Shown here piece after piece: positions 26,501 through 38,900 of a DNA stretch of 64,000 nucleotides; the stretch's first letter is position 1, and each line of letters opens with the position of its first letter. A model generated the notes under the pieces. It made no database searches. It worked only from the letters and a program-made list of their open reading frames with translations, and was not told where the DNA came from. The DNA is from Gekko japonicus (Eukaryota): assembly GCF_001447785.1 (NCBI RefSeq), contig NW_015175426.1, positions 256,575 to 320,574 on the forward strand, read 5' to 3'. The position numbers and the translations under genes are program-made.

Positions 26501-27435
26501 CGCTGAACTGCAGGCTGTGGAAGGTCGGTAGTTCAGCAGTTCGAGACCCGGGTGTGCCGCATGACGGAGTGAGCTCCCATCTCTAATTCCAGCTCCTGCC
26601 AACCTAGCAGTTTGAAAGCAAGAAATTGCAAGTAGATAAATAGGTACCACTTTGGTGGGAAGGGAACAGCGTTCCGTGCGCCTTGGTGTTTAGTCATGTC
26701 GGCCACATGACCACGGAAATGTCTTCCGACAGCGCTGGCTCTTCGGCTTTGAAACAGAGATGAGCACCGCAACCCTAGAGTCGGATTTGACTGGCTTTCG
26801 AGCAAGGGTACCTTTACCTTTAGCTTGAGACTGTAGCTCCACCAACTAAACCAGCTACCAAATGAGTATCATCTCCCAGCATTTCGAGGATTTGGGTTGC
26901 TGCCGCATCTGTTGGCTTTTATGCAGTTGTCGAAATGCCAAGGTCTTTCCCTCTTAATGTGAAATACTGACCTGCAGATGGGCTGAAATGCTTTATATTT
27001 TTCCACAGGCCCACGTCCAGACTGGAATTGCAGCTGCCCCACCCCCTCATCCTGGAGCTCCCCAGGTCATGCTGCTGCATCCCTCACAGACCCATGGTGG
27101 GCCTCCCCAGGGAGGCGTGCCCCAGAGCGGTGTGCCCACTCTCTCAGCCTCCACGCCCTCCCCATACACTTATATAGGGCACCACCAAGGTGAGTCCAGG
27201 GAGGGAAGTGGGCTCAGTTGGATAATGCTCTCTGCTACTTTTGATGAGTAGGGAAGAGCCTTGGGTCTTGGCCACGAGTGGGAGGTGTTATGGGGCTTGC
27301 TGGGGTTCTGAGATCTGGATAGGACTGGTGATTCTGGACGGTCTGTGCCTTCCTTCACCTCACTGACTCTTTCTTCTCTTTCCAGTTCAGTCTCATCCTT
27401 CCCAGCAGCTTCCATTCCACCCCCCTGGGAACTGA
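14028..27435 (+). CDS. ATXN2L: Ataxin-2-like protein. Exons: 14028-14275, 16333-16369, 17112-17168, 17645-17716, 17864-18014, 18102-18226, 18321-18412, 19579-19779, 20084-20259, 20567-20671, 20764-20961, 21363-21452, 21641-21705, 21792-22066, 22160-22229, 22460-22606, 22773-22842, 22962-23149, 23252-23381, 23481-23602, 25020-25229, 27009-27189, 27386-27435
   Basis: Kozak GCCATG MLKQP; GQSTGKGPPQSP|VFEGVYNNSRMLHFLTAVV|GSTCDVKVKNG (Lsm); SNGWDPNEMFKFNEENYGVKTTYDSSLSSYT|VPLEKDNSEEFRQRE (LsmAD); PAM2 KSTLNPNAKEFNP; C-terminus VQSHPSQQLPFHPPGN*. All introns GT-AG with consistent phase. Confidence 0.96.
26473..26820 (+). mobile_element. Sauria SINE, full length
   Basis: GGAGCTGCAGTGGCTCAAGTGGTTAAG head, TACCTT-repeat tail, 12-bp TSD TAGCTTGAGACT at 26459-26470 and 26821-26832. 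Confidence 0.8.
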
Positions 27436-27816
27436 TGTCCACCCTTCTCCCCGTGACCTGAGACCCCAGCCAGCCTTGGCTCAGTTGCTGGCCCCATGCC
27501 TGGGCCAGCCCTCATGCCCACGGCAGAGGCCCCTGGAGGGGTGCAGTCTGGCCCGGTCCGGACCCCCCCCTCGCCAAGCACCTTCCTTTCCGTTGGTTTA
27601 GTGAAGCCCGCATGGGGCGCTGTCAGCCAGCGGGACGGAGCAGGGCCCCTTCCCCTTGCCCGGAGAAGGGCAGGGTTTCTTTTCTGTTATTTATGACTCC
27701 ATTCAGGCTCTTAGAGCAAATGCCACTTTCCCACATTAACTTGACAAGGACATGACCAGATGGACAAACCTTGACTTTTTATTAAGTAAAAATATTTAAA
27801 AAGTTAAAAAAAAACC

Positions 27817-27822
27817 AATAAA
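27817..27822 (+). terminator. ATXN2L polyadenylation signal AATAAA
   Basis: AATAAA about 380 nt after the stop, followed by T/GT-rich sequence. Confidence 0.7.
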
Positions 27823-27929
27823 ATTTTAAACTAACTAATTTTGGGCTTGGGTGACTGTGTGGAGGGGGAGGGACAGATCGTTCTTTGTAAAACTGCAGAT
27901 TTTGGGGGGGGTAGTTTTTGTATTTTTCA

Positions 27930-28147
27930 TGTGTGCATATGCACCTGGCAGTCATGGCGACCTCTGGTGACTGACCCCTACTTGGGAGCCTGGAGGATAT
28001 TCAGAGAAGTGGCTGAATAAAAGCCTACCTCCACCTCCTGACTGCTGGTATTCCAACGAGGTCTCTCATCCAAGTACTTGCGAGAGTCACCCCTGCTTAG
28101 CTCCTGAGATATGATGAGATCGGGCTTGCCTGGGCTATCCAGGTCTG
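27930..28147 (-). mobile_element. 5S rRNA-derived SINE
   Basis: Reverse complement of the 46547 family. Confidence 0.7.
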
Positions 28148-28243
28148 GGCGATACTGTGTGGATGAGGGGTTTAATTGGGTGCCCCAGAGAGGAGTTTGT
28201 TTAGGCTTCAAGAACTGTTGACAGAAACAAGTTGATGTATGAT

Positions 28244-28478
28244 GAAGAAGAGAAGAAGAGATTGGATTTATACCCCGCCCTTCACTTGGAGTCTCAGAGC
28301 AGCTTACAAACTCCTTTCCCTTCCCCTCCCCACAACAGACACCCTGTGAGGTGGGTGGGGCTGAGAGAGCTCTGACACAAACTGCTCTTTGCCAGAGCTT
28401 GTGACTGACCCAAGGTCACATCAGCAGGTGCAAGTGGAGGAGTGGGGAATCAAACCCGGTTCTCCCACGTTAGAGTCT
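28244..28478 (-). mobile_element. SINE with (TTC)n tail (other copies at about 14965-15175, 45680-45850, 45890-46110, 48361-48580)
   Basis: GAAGAAGAG..TTGGATTTATACCCC...ACCCTGTGAGGT...CCCAAGGTCAC recurring in several copies. Confidence 0.6.
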
Positions 28479-29832
28479 GTATCTAGTTTGGAGGCTGAAG
28501 CTCTGTTGCTTTTCTCCCTGTGGTGGCAGCTGGGGTGGTAATGAAAATGAGAACTTTAAAAGCTGCTGTTCTCAGTGCTGGGACCGCTTATGCGAAAGAA
28601 GTACAAAGCGTAGCTCAACAATGCTAGTTTCTATCTGAATTATTATTATAGCCTGCCTTTCTCACTGAGAGTGAGGATGGTAACAGTCAACAGGATGGGA
28701 CATCAGATGCACAATAAATACAATGGGGTTTGGACTACAGAAATCTCAAAACAATGGAAACAAGCCACGAGTTTTTAAACATGACACTACCTAGACTGGA
28801 GCATATTTAACAGTGCTAGGTAAGCAATACAGTAGTGTAGGTTACATTCCATATCCCTTCTACGAGTCCCAACTTTCTGACCATTTCATTACAGTACAGC
28901 CCTGCTTACCTGTGCAAAAAGCCCGCTTGAATAATTCCGTTCTGCATAGTTTGTGGAAAGCCAGGAGAGCGGGAGTCTTTCTGAACTCATCAGGGAGGCG
29001 ATTCCATAAGGCACAGGCCACCGTAGGCAGTACAGGTGGTTATCGAGTTTGACTGTTTGCAACATAGTTAACTGCAGAAGGCCCTGCTGGGATGAGGAAA
29101 ACTGCCATGGCAGAGCATAGGGTGGAGTCTCCAAATGGACTTCAAGTGTAGATCTATGTAAAATGCATTAGAGTAGTCTAGTTTCGATGCTACCATGACA
29201 TGGATCCAGGTCACCACTGCCAGATCAGCCGAATCAAGGTTAGGGAGCCCATCTTGCAGGCTAGACAGTTGGGAAAAAGCATTTTTGCAGCCAGACTAAC
29301 CTGCTTCCCCAACAGTAATGCTGGATCCAGTATAACTTTTAATTTTTTGCTGTTACTGGGATCTACGTATTACATTAAGTTGAAAGGTGCATTAAGTTTT
29401 GAAGTAGGTAAGGGTGTGATAGTGCCCCCCCTTCAGTTCAGCACTGGCCCTTCATGCGGTTTTCAAATTCTCACATTGGGGGTAGTAGTAGGCTGAGAAT
29501 AGTATGTTGTGACTCTGAAGCAGTTAAAAGCTCATTTTTGTGCCCTAGCCCAGTGCCTGAAAGTATTAAGCCTGATTTGGAGCAGACTAAAGTCTAGGGC
29601 TTGGGCTTTTCTTGAGCAGCCCTGCCTGTGAGGTGGAAGTTCCTTTCTGTAGAACGCAGCCACTTGAAATACTTTTCTGTAGTGGGTTTCTGGTATCTGT
29701 ACCTGCTGCATTCCTAAGTCTGTAGTTATTTCAAACATGCATAATTTATAAAACAGTACAGTGCTTATATGGCATTTTAACTGTTTCACATTTGTACGTA
29801 CAGTCCTCAGGATGGCTCTGTAACTTAGGCTA

Positions 29833-30265
29833 GGAGCTGTGGTGGCTCAGTGATTAAGATGCTGAACTGCTGACCGGAAGGTCGGTAGTTCAGCACCGAA
29901 GTGCCACAAGACGGAGTGAGCTCCCGTCTGGTTCCAGCTCCTGCCAACCTAGCAGTTCGAAAGCAAGAAATTGCAAGTAGATAAATAGATACCACTTTGG
30001 TGGGAAGGTAACAGCGTTTCATACGCCTCGGCATCTAGTCACACCTGCCACATGACCATGAAGATGTCTTCGGACATAAGAACATAAGAGATGCCAATGT
30101 TGGATCAGGCCAAAGGCCCATCCAGTCCAACACTCTGTGTCACACAGTGGCCAGAAATACCAGTGCCTTCAGGAGGTCCAGCAGTGGACAGCACTGGCTT
30201 GGAAACGGAGATGAACACCACAACCCTAGTGTCGGATTCGACTGGCTTTTGAGCAAGGGAAACCT
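29833..30265 (+). mobile_element. Sauria SINE with nested CR1-tail fragment (about 30075-30190)
   Basis: Same head and body as 26473; CATAAGAACATAAGA...GGATCAGGCCAAAGGCCCATCCAGTCC insert. Partial copies at 44121-44160 and 50962-51090 (-). Confidence 0.7.
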
Positions 30266-31822
30266 AATAGGCTAGAGTTAACCACAGATTTTTTTTGGGG
30301 GGGGGGGGGGGGGGGGAACCAGTATCCAAAGCTGGCTGAAGAAACCTGGAGCAGTTTGTTTTCCTAGTCACTATGTTACACTTAGCTTACCAATAAAAGA
30401 CCAGATGTTTTCATTTTATTTTTTAAAGGTAGCTACAGTCCTCATTCAATGCCATAAATTATGCTGGAGAGCATAGGATCGTGGTGAACAAATGCCTATA
30501 GCAAGGAGGGGGTTGAGCAAGAATAGATGTATAAAATCATTCATGCATGAAGTAGATAAAGGGAGCTTTTTGTCATTCCCATGGCTTTGGGAGAACCCAA
30601 TGTAGTTGAGACCTAACTTTGGGACAGACAAAAAGGAAATACTTCAACAAGTAGTTAGACGCTGGAATTTCACTGCCTTTGGATACAGTGATGGCAATAA
30701 ATATAAATGGCTTTACCAAGGGGTTTAGACAGAATCAAAGAGGAAAGATCCATGGCTGAATAACGGTACTAGGAGGGGAAGAACTTGGCCTTGATATCCT
30801 GTTTGATCTTGCCTTCAGGGCAGCTGGTTCGCCATTGTGTGAAATAGTATTCTGGACTAGATGGACCACTGGTCTGATCCTATAAGACCCACTTTCTGCT
30901 AGTGTGCAACACTATAATCTACAGAGGTTAGCATAGACATCTGCCTGAAGAACTACTAGAATGGGCCAAAAAGTACAAGGGTAGCAGAATTTACTTTGAC
31001 AGGAACCGAACAGATGGTTTTGTCAAAAGTATGACTCAGGGCTTGACTTAGTGGGGATTTGGCAATACTGTACAAAATAGATGGAGATGCAGATCACTGG
31101 CTGCTAGAGTATGCCCTGTGTCACAGTATTGGAAGCACTCAAACTACAGTGAGTCCCCTTCGAGAACTCCTGGTTGCTCAAAGTAGCCTTTATTAACTGA
31201 GGCTCTTGGAACAAGATCCTTGCCAAGGAGAATTTAGTGATAGCGTGGCCTTTCCCCCCCTCTATTAACAGCCTGCTGTGCCACTGCTAGAACCACCACG
31301 TGGACTTCGTCTTGCTTGCTTCAAAGTAAATAAGTCCCAAATCTTCAGAGATGTTTATATATTCTCCCATGAGGGAGCGCTATAAGATTAACTGCAGCCC
31401 TAAAGAGTGGGCTGTGTAAAGGTTATGTACAGTAATAGCATTAAAAATGACTTTCCTGAGGATGACCATGTAAGAAAACAATTACCAAAGTAGTTTCCAA
31501 ACAACATTCCTGCAGGTTTTTTAGGTACTATCCTTGCTAGCGAAAGTGGCCAAAGTCTCAGACAAGTGCACTGTGATATGTAGTGGCTTTCTCTATCAAC
31601 CCTCTTGCATAATATCTGTGTTTATCACTACTTGGAGGTCTACTGTATGCAAAGCAGGGAACTCAGGTTTGCTGATGGAAATACAGTTCCTAGCCCTCCT
31701 ACCCCCCCCCTTTCAATTGACCTGACACACACATGTACAAGCAAAAGCTTATTCCTAGACAAGTATGTCACCAAAACACTTGTTGCCACTTAAAAAGGAA
31801 CTTCAGATCAGCTGTACAGTCT

Positions 31823-31828
31823 TTTATT
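31823..31828 (-). terminator. TUFM polyadenylation signal AATAAA
   Basis: TTTATT on + strand about 280 nt past the TUFM stop. Confidence 0.65.
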
Positions 31829-32104
31829 TAACGGTCTTCCACTCTGAAATAAACAGAACTGAGCAAAACATCATTTGCATTTAATATCACCTTTCAGGCT
31901 GTGGGTGGGTAGTGGTTATTAACCATATTAAAAATACATGAAAAGTATTCTTTCAGAACATGCCCACATTTGTCTCCTTGCCCTTCACCTGCCTCATTGC
32001 CGTATAGTCTTTAGTTCTGGTTTCACGCCAGCCACTAGTGAGAACAGCTTCCTGAAGCACAATGGATGTGCTTCGCAGAGGAAAGAAGCACAATGGATGT
32101 AACT

Positions 32105-35100
32105 CTAATTTTCCCACTTCTCTTTATCTGCTGGAGTTATTGGCAATGTCTTTGTAACCACTCCAGTACCAATGGTTTTGTGTCCATCACGCATTGTGAA
32201 TCGCTGCCCCACCTCCAAGACCATAGGGGTTCGCAGTACCATTATTAGAGAGGTGTCTTCCCCTGGCATAACTAACTCCTGTGGAAGACAGGAAAGAAAC
32301 ACAATACCAATGATCACTGAGTTGTGCTTATTCTCCAAGTGAGGCTACTTGCTGAAATAAAAGCTTTCAGCAAGGCTTAAGGGAAGCAAGTGGAAGAAGG
32401 GATACAACAAGAAGAAACACACACCTTCCCCGCAGGCAATTCCAAGCGGCAGGCCATGTCCCAGGTCAGAGAAAATATGACGGGTGTGAAATTGGAAACA
32501 AATGGCTTATGACGACCGCCCTCCTCTTTGCTCAAGATGTAAACCTAGGAGAAGGGAATGGCATGTTTAACTTAGCTGGGACTGTTATAACAGATGCTTT
32601 AGGGACTGGGCTGCCAAATCCACCCCCCATGCCAGGGTGACCAGAAGAGCCAACACCCAGCTCTTTTTCATTCTAGAACTCACATTTCTTCATAATGCAA
32701 CAAAGCTACAAACACACCATCCATTCCCAAGCACAATTGCTCCCAGAGAAAACCCATCAACCTGTCCCAGCTCACCTGAGCCTCAACTTTCTGGTGTGGC
32801 TGGATAGATCCTGGCTTGCACATGACCATCCCCCGCCTTACATCCTCCCGCTTCAGCCCACGAATTAAAGCACCCAGGTTGTCACCAGCCTCTGCCCGGT
32901 CCAGTTGTTTGTGGAACATCTCCACACCTGATGGCAAGAGGATAGCATTACTCTTTGTAAATACTCTATACCGTCTCTCCCATTTACCTCTTGCTCTGGG
33001 GACTGTTTTCTTATGAGGGCAACCTCAGAAGTGCAAGAGTATTTGGACCACTCCCACCATCAGGACAACTGAACTGAATGCACAGATTTGGCTAAAAGGT
33101 TACAGGACGTCATTAAGTGCACAAGACTCACCAGTTACCACAGAGCGCAGGTTCTGATTGTGCCCCACAAATTCACACTCATCTCCTTTCTTAACAATGC
33201 CACGTTCAAGAGTGCCTGACACCACAGTACCCCGGCCTGGAAAAATAGGTTAGAATAACTGGGTCTGAAGCATAGGCTAGAGCGGGAATGTTAAACAACT
33301 GGCTCTCATCTGCTTCCTGCATCACAGCTCGCTTTTGCCCAGCTCTCCTCTCCTGCTTCGCAGAGGAAAGAAAGCCAAGCCTCCCTTCTCTTGATTGGCT
33401 AAGTGTTCCTCCCCCTCCTTTGGAGAGGAAGGGAAGAAAGGGAAACTGCCAGAAAGAGATGGAGTGCTGAGGCACCTTTAAGACCAACAAAGTTTTATTC
33501 CAGGTGTAAGCTTTTGTGTGCAAGCACACTTCTTCAGGGGGAACAGAGTGAAAGAGCAGAGAAAACTCCCCCTTTCCAGTTCTAACAGATGGGGAGGGGA
33601 ACCTGACAGCACAGCTTGCAATGTTTATTAGGGGAAGGGCGCAAGAGTCCAGTATGGAGGAGAGAGTGAGTCCCATGGCACCTTTAAGACCAACAAAGTT
33701 TTATTCCAGGTATAAATTTTCATGTACGTGCACACTTCTTCAGAGGGAGGGAGGGGGAGTGAAAGAGCCAGAGAAAGAGAGAGAGATCACCCTTTCCAGT
33801 TCTAACAGATGGGGGGGGGGGGAGGCCTAACAAGCTAGAATGTGAGTCCATCTGTCCTTATATCTTGGAGAGTGAAGTGATTTCAGATGCCGAATGACAA
33901 TAGCAGGCATTGGTTACGAGGAAAGAAACCTAGGTCTCAGTTCAGCCCAGGAAGATGCATGGTCTTGAGCTTCATTATCAGTTGCAATTCAGCAGTCTTT
34001 CTTCCTAATCTCCCTTTGAAATTCCTTTGTAAGAGAACTGTTACTCTAAGGTTAAAATGTTCCCCCACTGGTTTTTGAACGTTGTGGTTTCTAATAGCAG
34101 TAGAAAGAGGAAAAGTCCAGGAGCACCTTAAAGACTAACAAAATTTGTAGTAGGGTATGAGCTTTCGTGAGTCACTGCTCACTTCTTTAGACTTATTTCC
34201 GTTTATTCTTTGTATCCTCCTGGACTAAACCCTCCTGGATCAAACTGAGACCTAGGTTTCCTGTCTCATTACCAATGCTGATTATCTCCACGCCTACTAC
34301 CTCTCTGCATATCACACCTAATCCAATGAAGCCTGCTATTGTCACTCAGCATCTGAAATCATCTTTATAAATTTTATTATATCCCCGGGACCTCATGTTA
34401 CATTTTATGGCACACATGGCCCGGCCCAACGAAGTGACATTTATGTCAGATCCGGCCCTCATAACAAATGAGTTCGACACCTCTGGGCTACAGAGCGTCA
34501 TGCCATCCACCTACCACAGAAACCTAACCTACGTGCGTTTAATGGCATCTCCCCTTGAAACAAGGACCAGCATATTGAAACAATAAGGCAAGCACCTGGT
34601 ATGGAGTAAGTGTGCTCTATGGGAAGCAGGAAAGGTTTGTCGAGCTCCCGCTGTGGCACGGGAATGTGTGTGTCCACAGTATCGAGCAGCTTCATTACTG
34701 AATTCACACCCAACTCCGGGTTCCGCTGCTGCAAAGGACAGGAATGAGAAACAGCACAGAAAAGGATTCATTTGAAATAATGACTGAGAACTCGTAATGC
34801 ACACTGCTTACCTCCAAAGCGCACAGAGCAGAGCCTATGACGACAGGAATCGTCTCCCCACTGTAGCCAAACTCGGTGAGAAGCTCACGGATCTCCAGCT
34901 CCACCAGCTCCAGCATCTCTTTGTCATCAACGGCATCAGCTTTGTTGATGTACACAACAATGTGTTTCACTCCAATCTTGGAGGGGGGGGCGGGAGGCAG
35001 GTAGGGGAGAGATCAGAGAAAATGAGACCCAATACGGCCATCGCTCCCTCCCTCCCTTTCAGACTCCCAGCTGTGCTTCAGGAAAGCACCCCGTGTATTC

Positions 35101-38100
35101 TCAAGAAGCACACAAAATGTCACAACCCCCAGATCACAGCCTTGCCTGTTTGGCAAGCAGAAGGTGCTCTCTTGTCTGAGGCATCTGACCATCCGTTGCG
35201 GCCACCACAAGGATACAGCCATCCAGAGGTGATGTCCCTGTGATCATATTCTATAGGGGACAAAGAGAAGATGAGCAGACTTTGGTTGCTTTATTACACC
35301 AGTTCCTTTGAAGAACTAGCTCCTTATGTATTCCAGACCCAAAGGAGGTATTCCATGTCTACTAAACCCTTCCAATCACCTCTGTATTTAAATACATGTT
35401 GGAAATAACACCAGACTATCTTCAGGCTTAGGAGTACAGGAAGAGATGAGGAACTTGTGAGTTTCTGGATAATCCTCCGATCCCATTTCCTAACACCCAC
35501 CTTGACATAATCAGCATGCCCAGGACAATCTGTGTGTGAATAGTGGCGATTGGCTGTCGCATATTCTACGTGGGAGGCATTGATTGTGATCCCACGTGCT
35601 TTCTCTTCTGGTGCATTATCAATCTCTTCGTATTTCCTGAACTGGGCACCTCCTGCCTCGGCCAAAACTGAGAGGAAGAGAAGATGGGATGGGGAAAGGT
35701 CAGGAATTAGATACTCTCAAGGCTGGCAGGAAAAAGGTGGGTTCAAGTACCCTCAACAGGCAACTGAATTTTAACATGTTTGTTTGTTTGAATGTGTTTG
35801 ACAGTGCAAGAGCTAAAGTGCCAGCAACAACATGAGTGCATTGGGTGGGGTTGAGAGTAAGTCTCACTAAACACCTCCTCTCCCCATGCAAATAGTGATC
35901 GAGTGTAGCAGAAAGTTTCCTTTTGTTGTTTCAGCCGCTCACTCCTTTTCTCATGTCTTGACTTCTCCAAGGAAGCAAGTAGCTCTGCCCCCCACCCCCA
36001 GCTTCCTCTTCATTCATGCTGGGGGAGAAGGGGTTCAGAAGCCCTTTGCTCTTGTCTCAGCTTGGAACACAGCAGGGGAGAGGCATAATAAAGACAAGGT
36101 CCTGTTAAAGCTTCTCTTCACATTGAACAAAAGAGGACACTCGACAGCCCTCTGTCCACAGCTCATTTTGGAAGAAAGCAGCTAATAAGTGAGGATAGGG
36201 TGAAAAAGGCCTTTACTCTTGTAAGAATGGTGTCCATAACATTGTATGGATATCTTGGGGACATGGCTATGCTGGAGCCAGATGGAAAGCACCTGGAGGC
36301 CCTCATTTGCCTGTCCCTGGTTTAATGGCTTATGAGATGCATGGATGGGTGAAATGTTTTCAGGAGGATGGAAGCCCAGGTCTGTCCACTTTTTACAGAA
36401 AGGGTCTTCCTGAAATAACTGTTCCCCGGCCCCATTCCCCAAACTCTCACTTTTGGTGATGGCAGCTGTTAATGTGGTCTTGCCGTGGTCGACATGCCCG
36501 ATGGTCCCAATATTGATATGTGGTTTGTCCCGCACGTATACTTTCTTGGCTTCGACTGCAAGCCCTCGTACAAGGAAAGTTTGTCCATGGAAGGTCAGGC
36601 AGGGCAGTGGCTGCAGAGAGAACAAACAAACGTAATAAAGCCTGTTAGCTTCTCCCCTCCATAAACCTAAGGACTGAAACAACCTTTTATACCCACATCC
36701 CCCCAAATCAGGATCCTTCTTACCGCGGCAAGAACACCCTGCAAGTATCGAGGCAGACAGCCACGTACGCCTGCAAGAGAAAGACAAGATGAGCTTTCAC
36801 AGTGGTCTACTCCTATGACATGCAGTCCCCTTCTGTCCTCTCTGTTCTTCTGATAGTAGTTAGTCATAAATGTCCTCTCTGTTCTTCTGATAGTAGTTAA
36901 AGTCATAAGAGGATATGAAGACAGTTATGTAGTCATTTGGCACTTTTAAATTCTGCTGTATAAGTATTAGCAGCAGCATATGGCTGCTTGCTTGGCAGGC
37001 GCAGGAATCTCCATATTCCACATGAGAACTCTGTTGAGGCATTTCATTTCATACAATTGCATCAGTTCTTGCACTTCTACAGTGCATTATGTATACATAC
37101 ACATTATGAATAGATTGTTTAGGCTGCTGTATCTTTAAAAGGATATTGCAGAACAGTAAAAAGGGCAGACAAGCACAACCAAGATGATTAAAAAGTTAGA
37201 GCACCTAATGAAGTTGATGGGCAGTAGATTTGGGACAGAAAAAAGGAAGTACCGCTTTACTCAAGAATTCCAATTGTGGAATTTGCTACCACAAGAAGTA
37301 ATGATGCTGAGAAGCACAGGCAAATTTATGGAAAATAGATCCATTAGCTTTGTTGGTCTTAAAGGTGCCACTGGACTCAAATTTTGTTCTGCTAGTTCAG
37401 ACCAACATCAGTGGTTACTGATCAGAGTGACCAAAGGAAGCCTCCATATTTAGAGGCAGCAAACCTCTAAATACCAGTGTTAACACCTGAGGAAAGCCTC
37501 AGCCTCTGTGACCTACCTGTTGGTCCTCCCAGTCAACCAGTTGTTCATGGCAAGAAGCAGCATGTTGGGCTAGGCAGGCCACTGGCCAGATCTTGCAAGA
37601 CTGCTCTTATGTTGTTCAATTTTATTGCTAAACTCAGTGTTTTATTGATAAAGACACTGTTTTATTCTGAGGCTAAAAGCCACCTTGGAAATCCTCTTGC
37701 TGAGAATTTGTGGGATGCATCTTAAATTAGATGAAAACTAGGAAGGAGTGTAGATGTTGAAAAAAAACAGTTGGCACTTCAGAGTCGTCACTGAAATTGG
37801 CCTTGCTCGCTAACTGCCTCCGATTGATTAGAATGGTGGGATATTTTATTTACGTGCCTCAGAAGCAACGCACAATAAAAGAGTTTTTAAAATACAACAC
37901 TCACACGAAACAAAGGGCCAAGTTACTGCATCCTTTCCTCCTCAACGAACTATACAAGTCCCTATTGACTCTACAGCCCATTATGATCTCCCCAAACCAG
38001 GAAGTCGGGAGGGGGCAATAATCTGTTAAAGAACAGCAGAGCCACTTTAACGTTAAATACAGCACGCGCGATTGCCCCGCCCCCCGCATCCACCTAATAT

Positions 38101-38612
38101 TGATAACTGCAGGGTGTGCGGGGAAAGGGAGCCTCGTGTAGAAACGACATCCTTTCACCGGCAAGGAAAAGGAAGAAGAGCAGCTGTAAGAGAGAATCGC
38201 CTCGATGCGGCTACTGCAGACGCCAAGCAGGCAAAGCCGCGCCCGGTGGGAGAACAAAGGGAGGGAAGCACGCTTGCTTCGCTTCTCCTTCCAGCCTCAC
38301 GCCCGCTAAGCTGCAGCAACGCCGCGGGGCGGTCCCGGGACAAACAGAAAGGACTCCGCCAGCCACGCTGCGAGGGCCCGCTGCACTTGAGGGGAGCAGC
38401 AGCCATGAAGAGAGAGAGACACCAAGGTCACGCTCCCTGGCTGAGAGACTCCATGCAGGGGGAGCTGGGGGGGGGGGGTTGAGAGGGGGGTTGAGCGGGG
38501 CCGCCTCTCGTTCCCCCTCTCCCCCCTCGCGGGTCCCCGACCGGCCCCATCTCCACCCACCTACAATGCCGAAAACGGCTCCTCGCGCCACCAGCAGCGC
38601 GCGGCTCGCCAT
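32105..38612 (-). CDS. TUFM: Mitochondrial elongation factor Tu. Exons: 38612-38561, 36770-36724, 36610-36451, 35667-35501, 35250-35146, 34976-34812, 34728-34596, 33236-33132, 32927-32776, 32544-32425, 32278-32105
   Basis: G-motifs [25 protein letters not shown]; [14 protein letters not shown]; [19 protein letters not shown]; [12 protein letters not shown]; [13 protein letters not shown]; Arg-rich, acid-free N-terminal presequence. Confidence 0.96.
33470..34360 (-). mobile_element. Cluster of Penelope-like fragments in a TUFM intron, including the GIY-YIG endonuclease C-terminus
   Basis: pLTR copies at about 33470-33540, 33676-33745 and 34120-34190; minus-strand peptide [44 protein letters not shown] at about 33920-34065. 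Confidence 0.7.
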
Positions 38613-38900
38613 CTTAGCTCCTCCCGGAAGTCACGTTATTCCCGGCTCGTGGAGGAGTAATAATATCCGTTGGTTCGCGAGCATTTTCCCCCCGTCTCCC
38701 TTCTGGACATAAAAGCACTTCCGGCGTTCTAGCCTTCGGTCTCTATGCTCAAGGGACGGCTTCCGGCCTTTTCTCTCGTTCTCCAGAAGGCCGCGCTGGG
38801 TGTATAGCCACTGCCCCCTATATTGGGGGCAGTGGTATAGCCCCATTTTGCTATGAGAAATCGTCTTCCACCCCCTGCCGGTGGCCCGGGGGGGGGGATC
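38050..38900 (-). promoter_or_regulatory. TUFM CpG-island promoter
   Basis: CpG-rich; ETS/GABP motifs CCGGAAGT near 38623 and ACTTCCGG near 38717 just upstream of the ATG. Confidence 0.7.

Noticed and set aside
30288-30316. T-run followed by about 21 G (G-quadruplex candidate)
   Set aside because: Homopolymer length is unreliable and there is no functional context.
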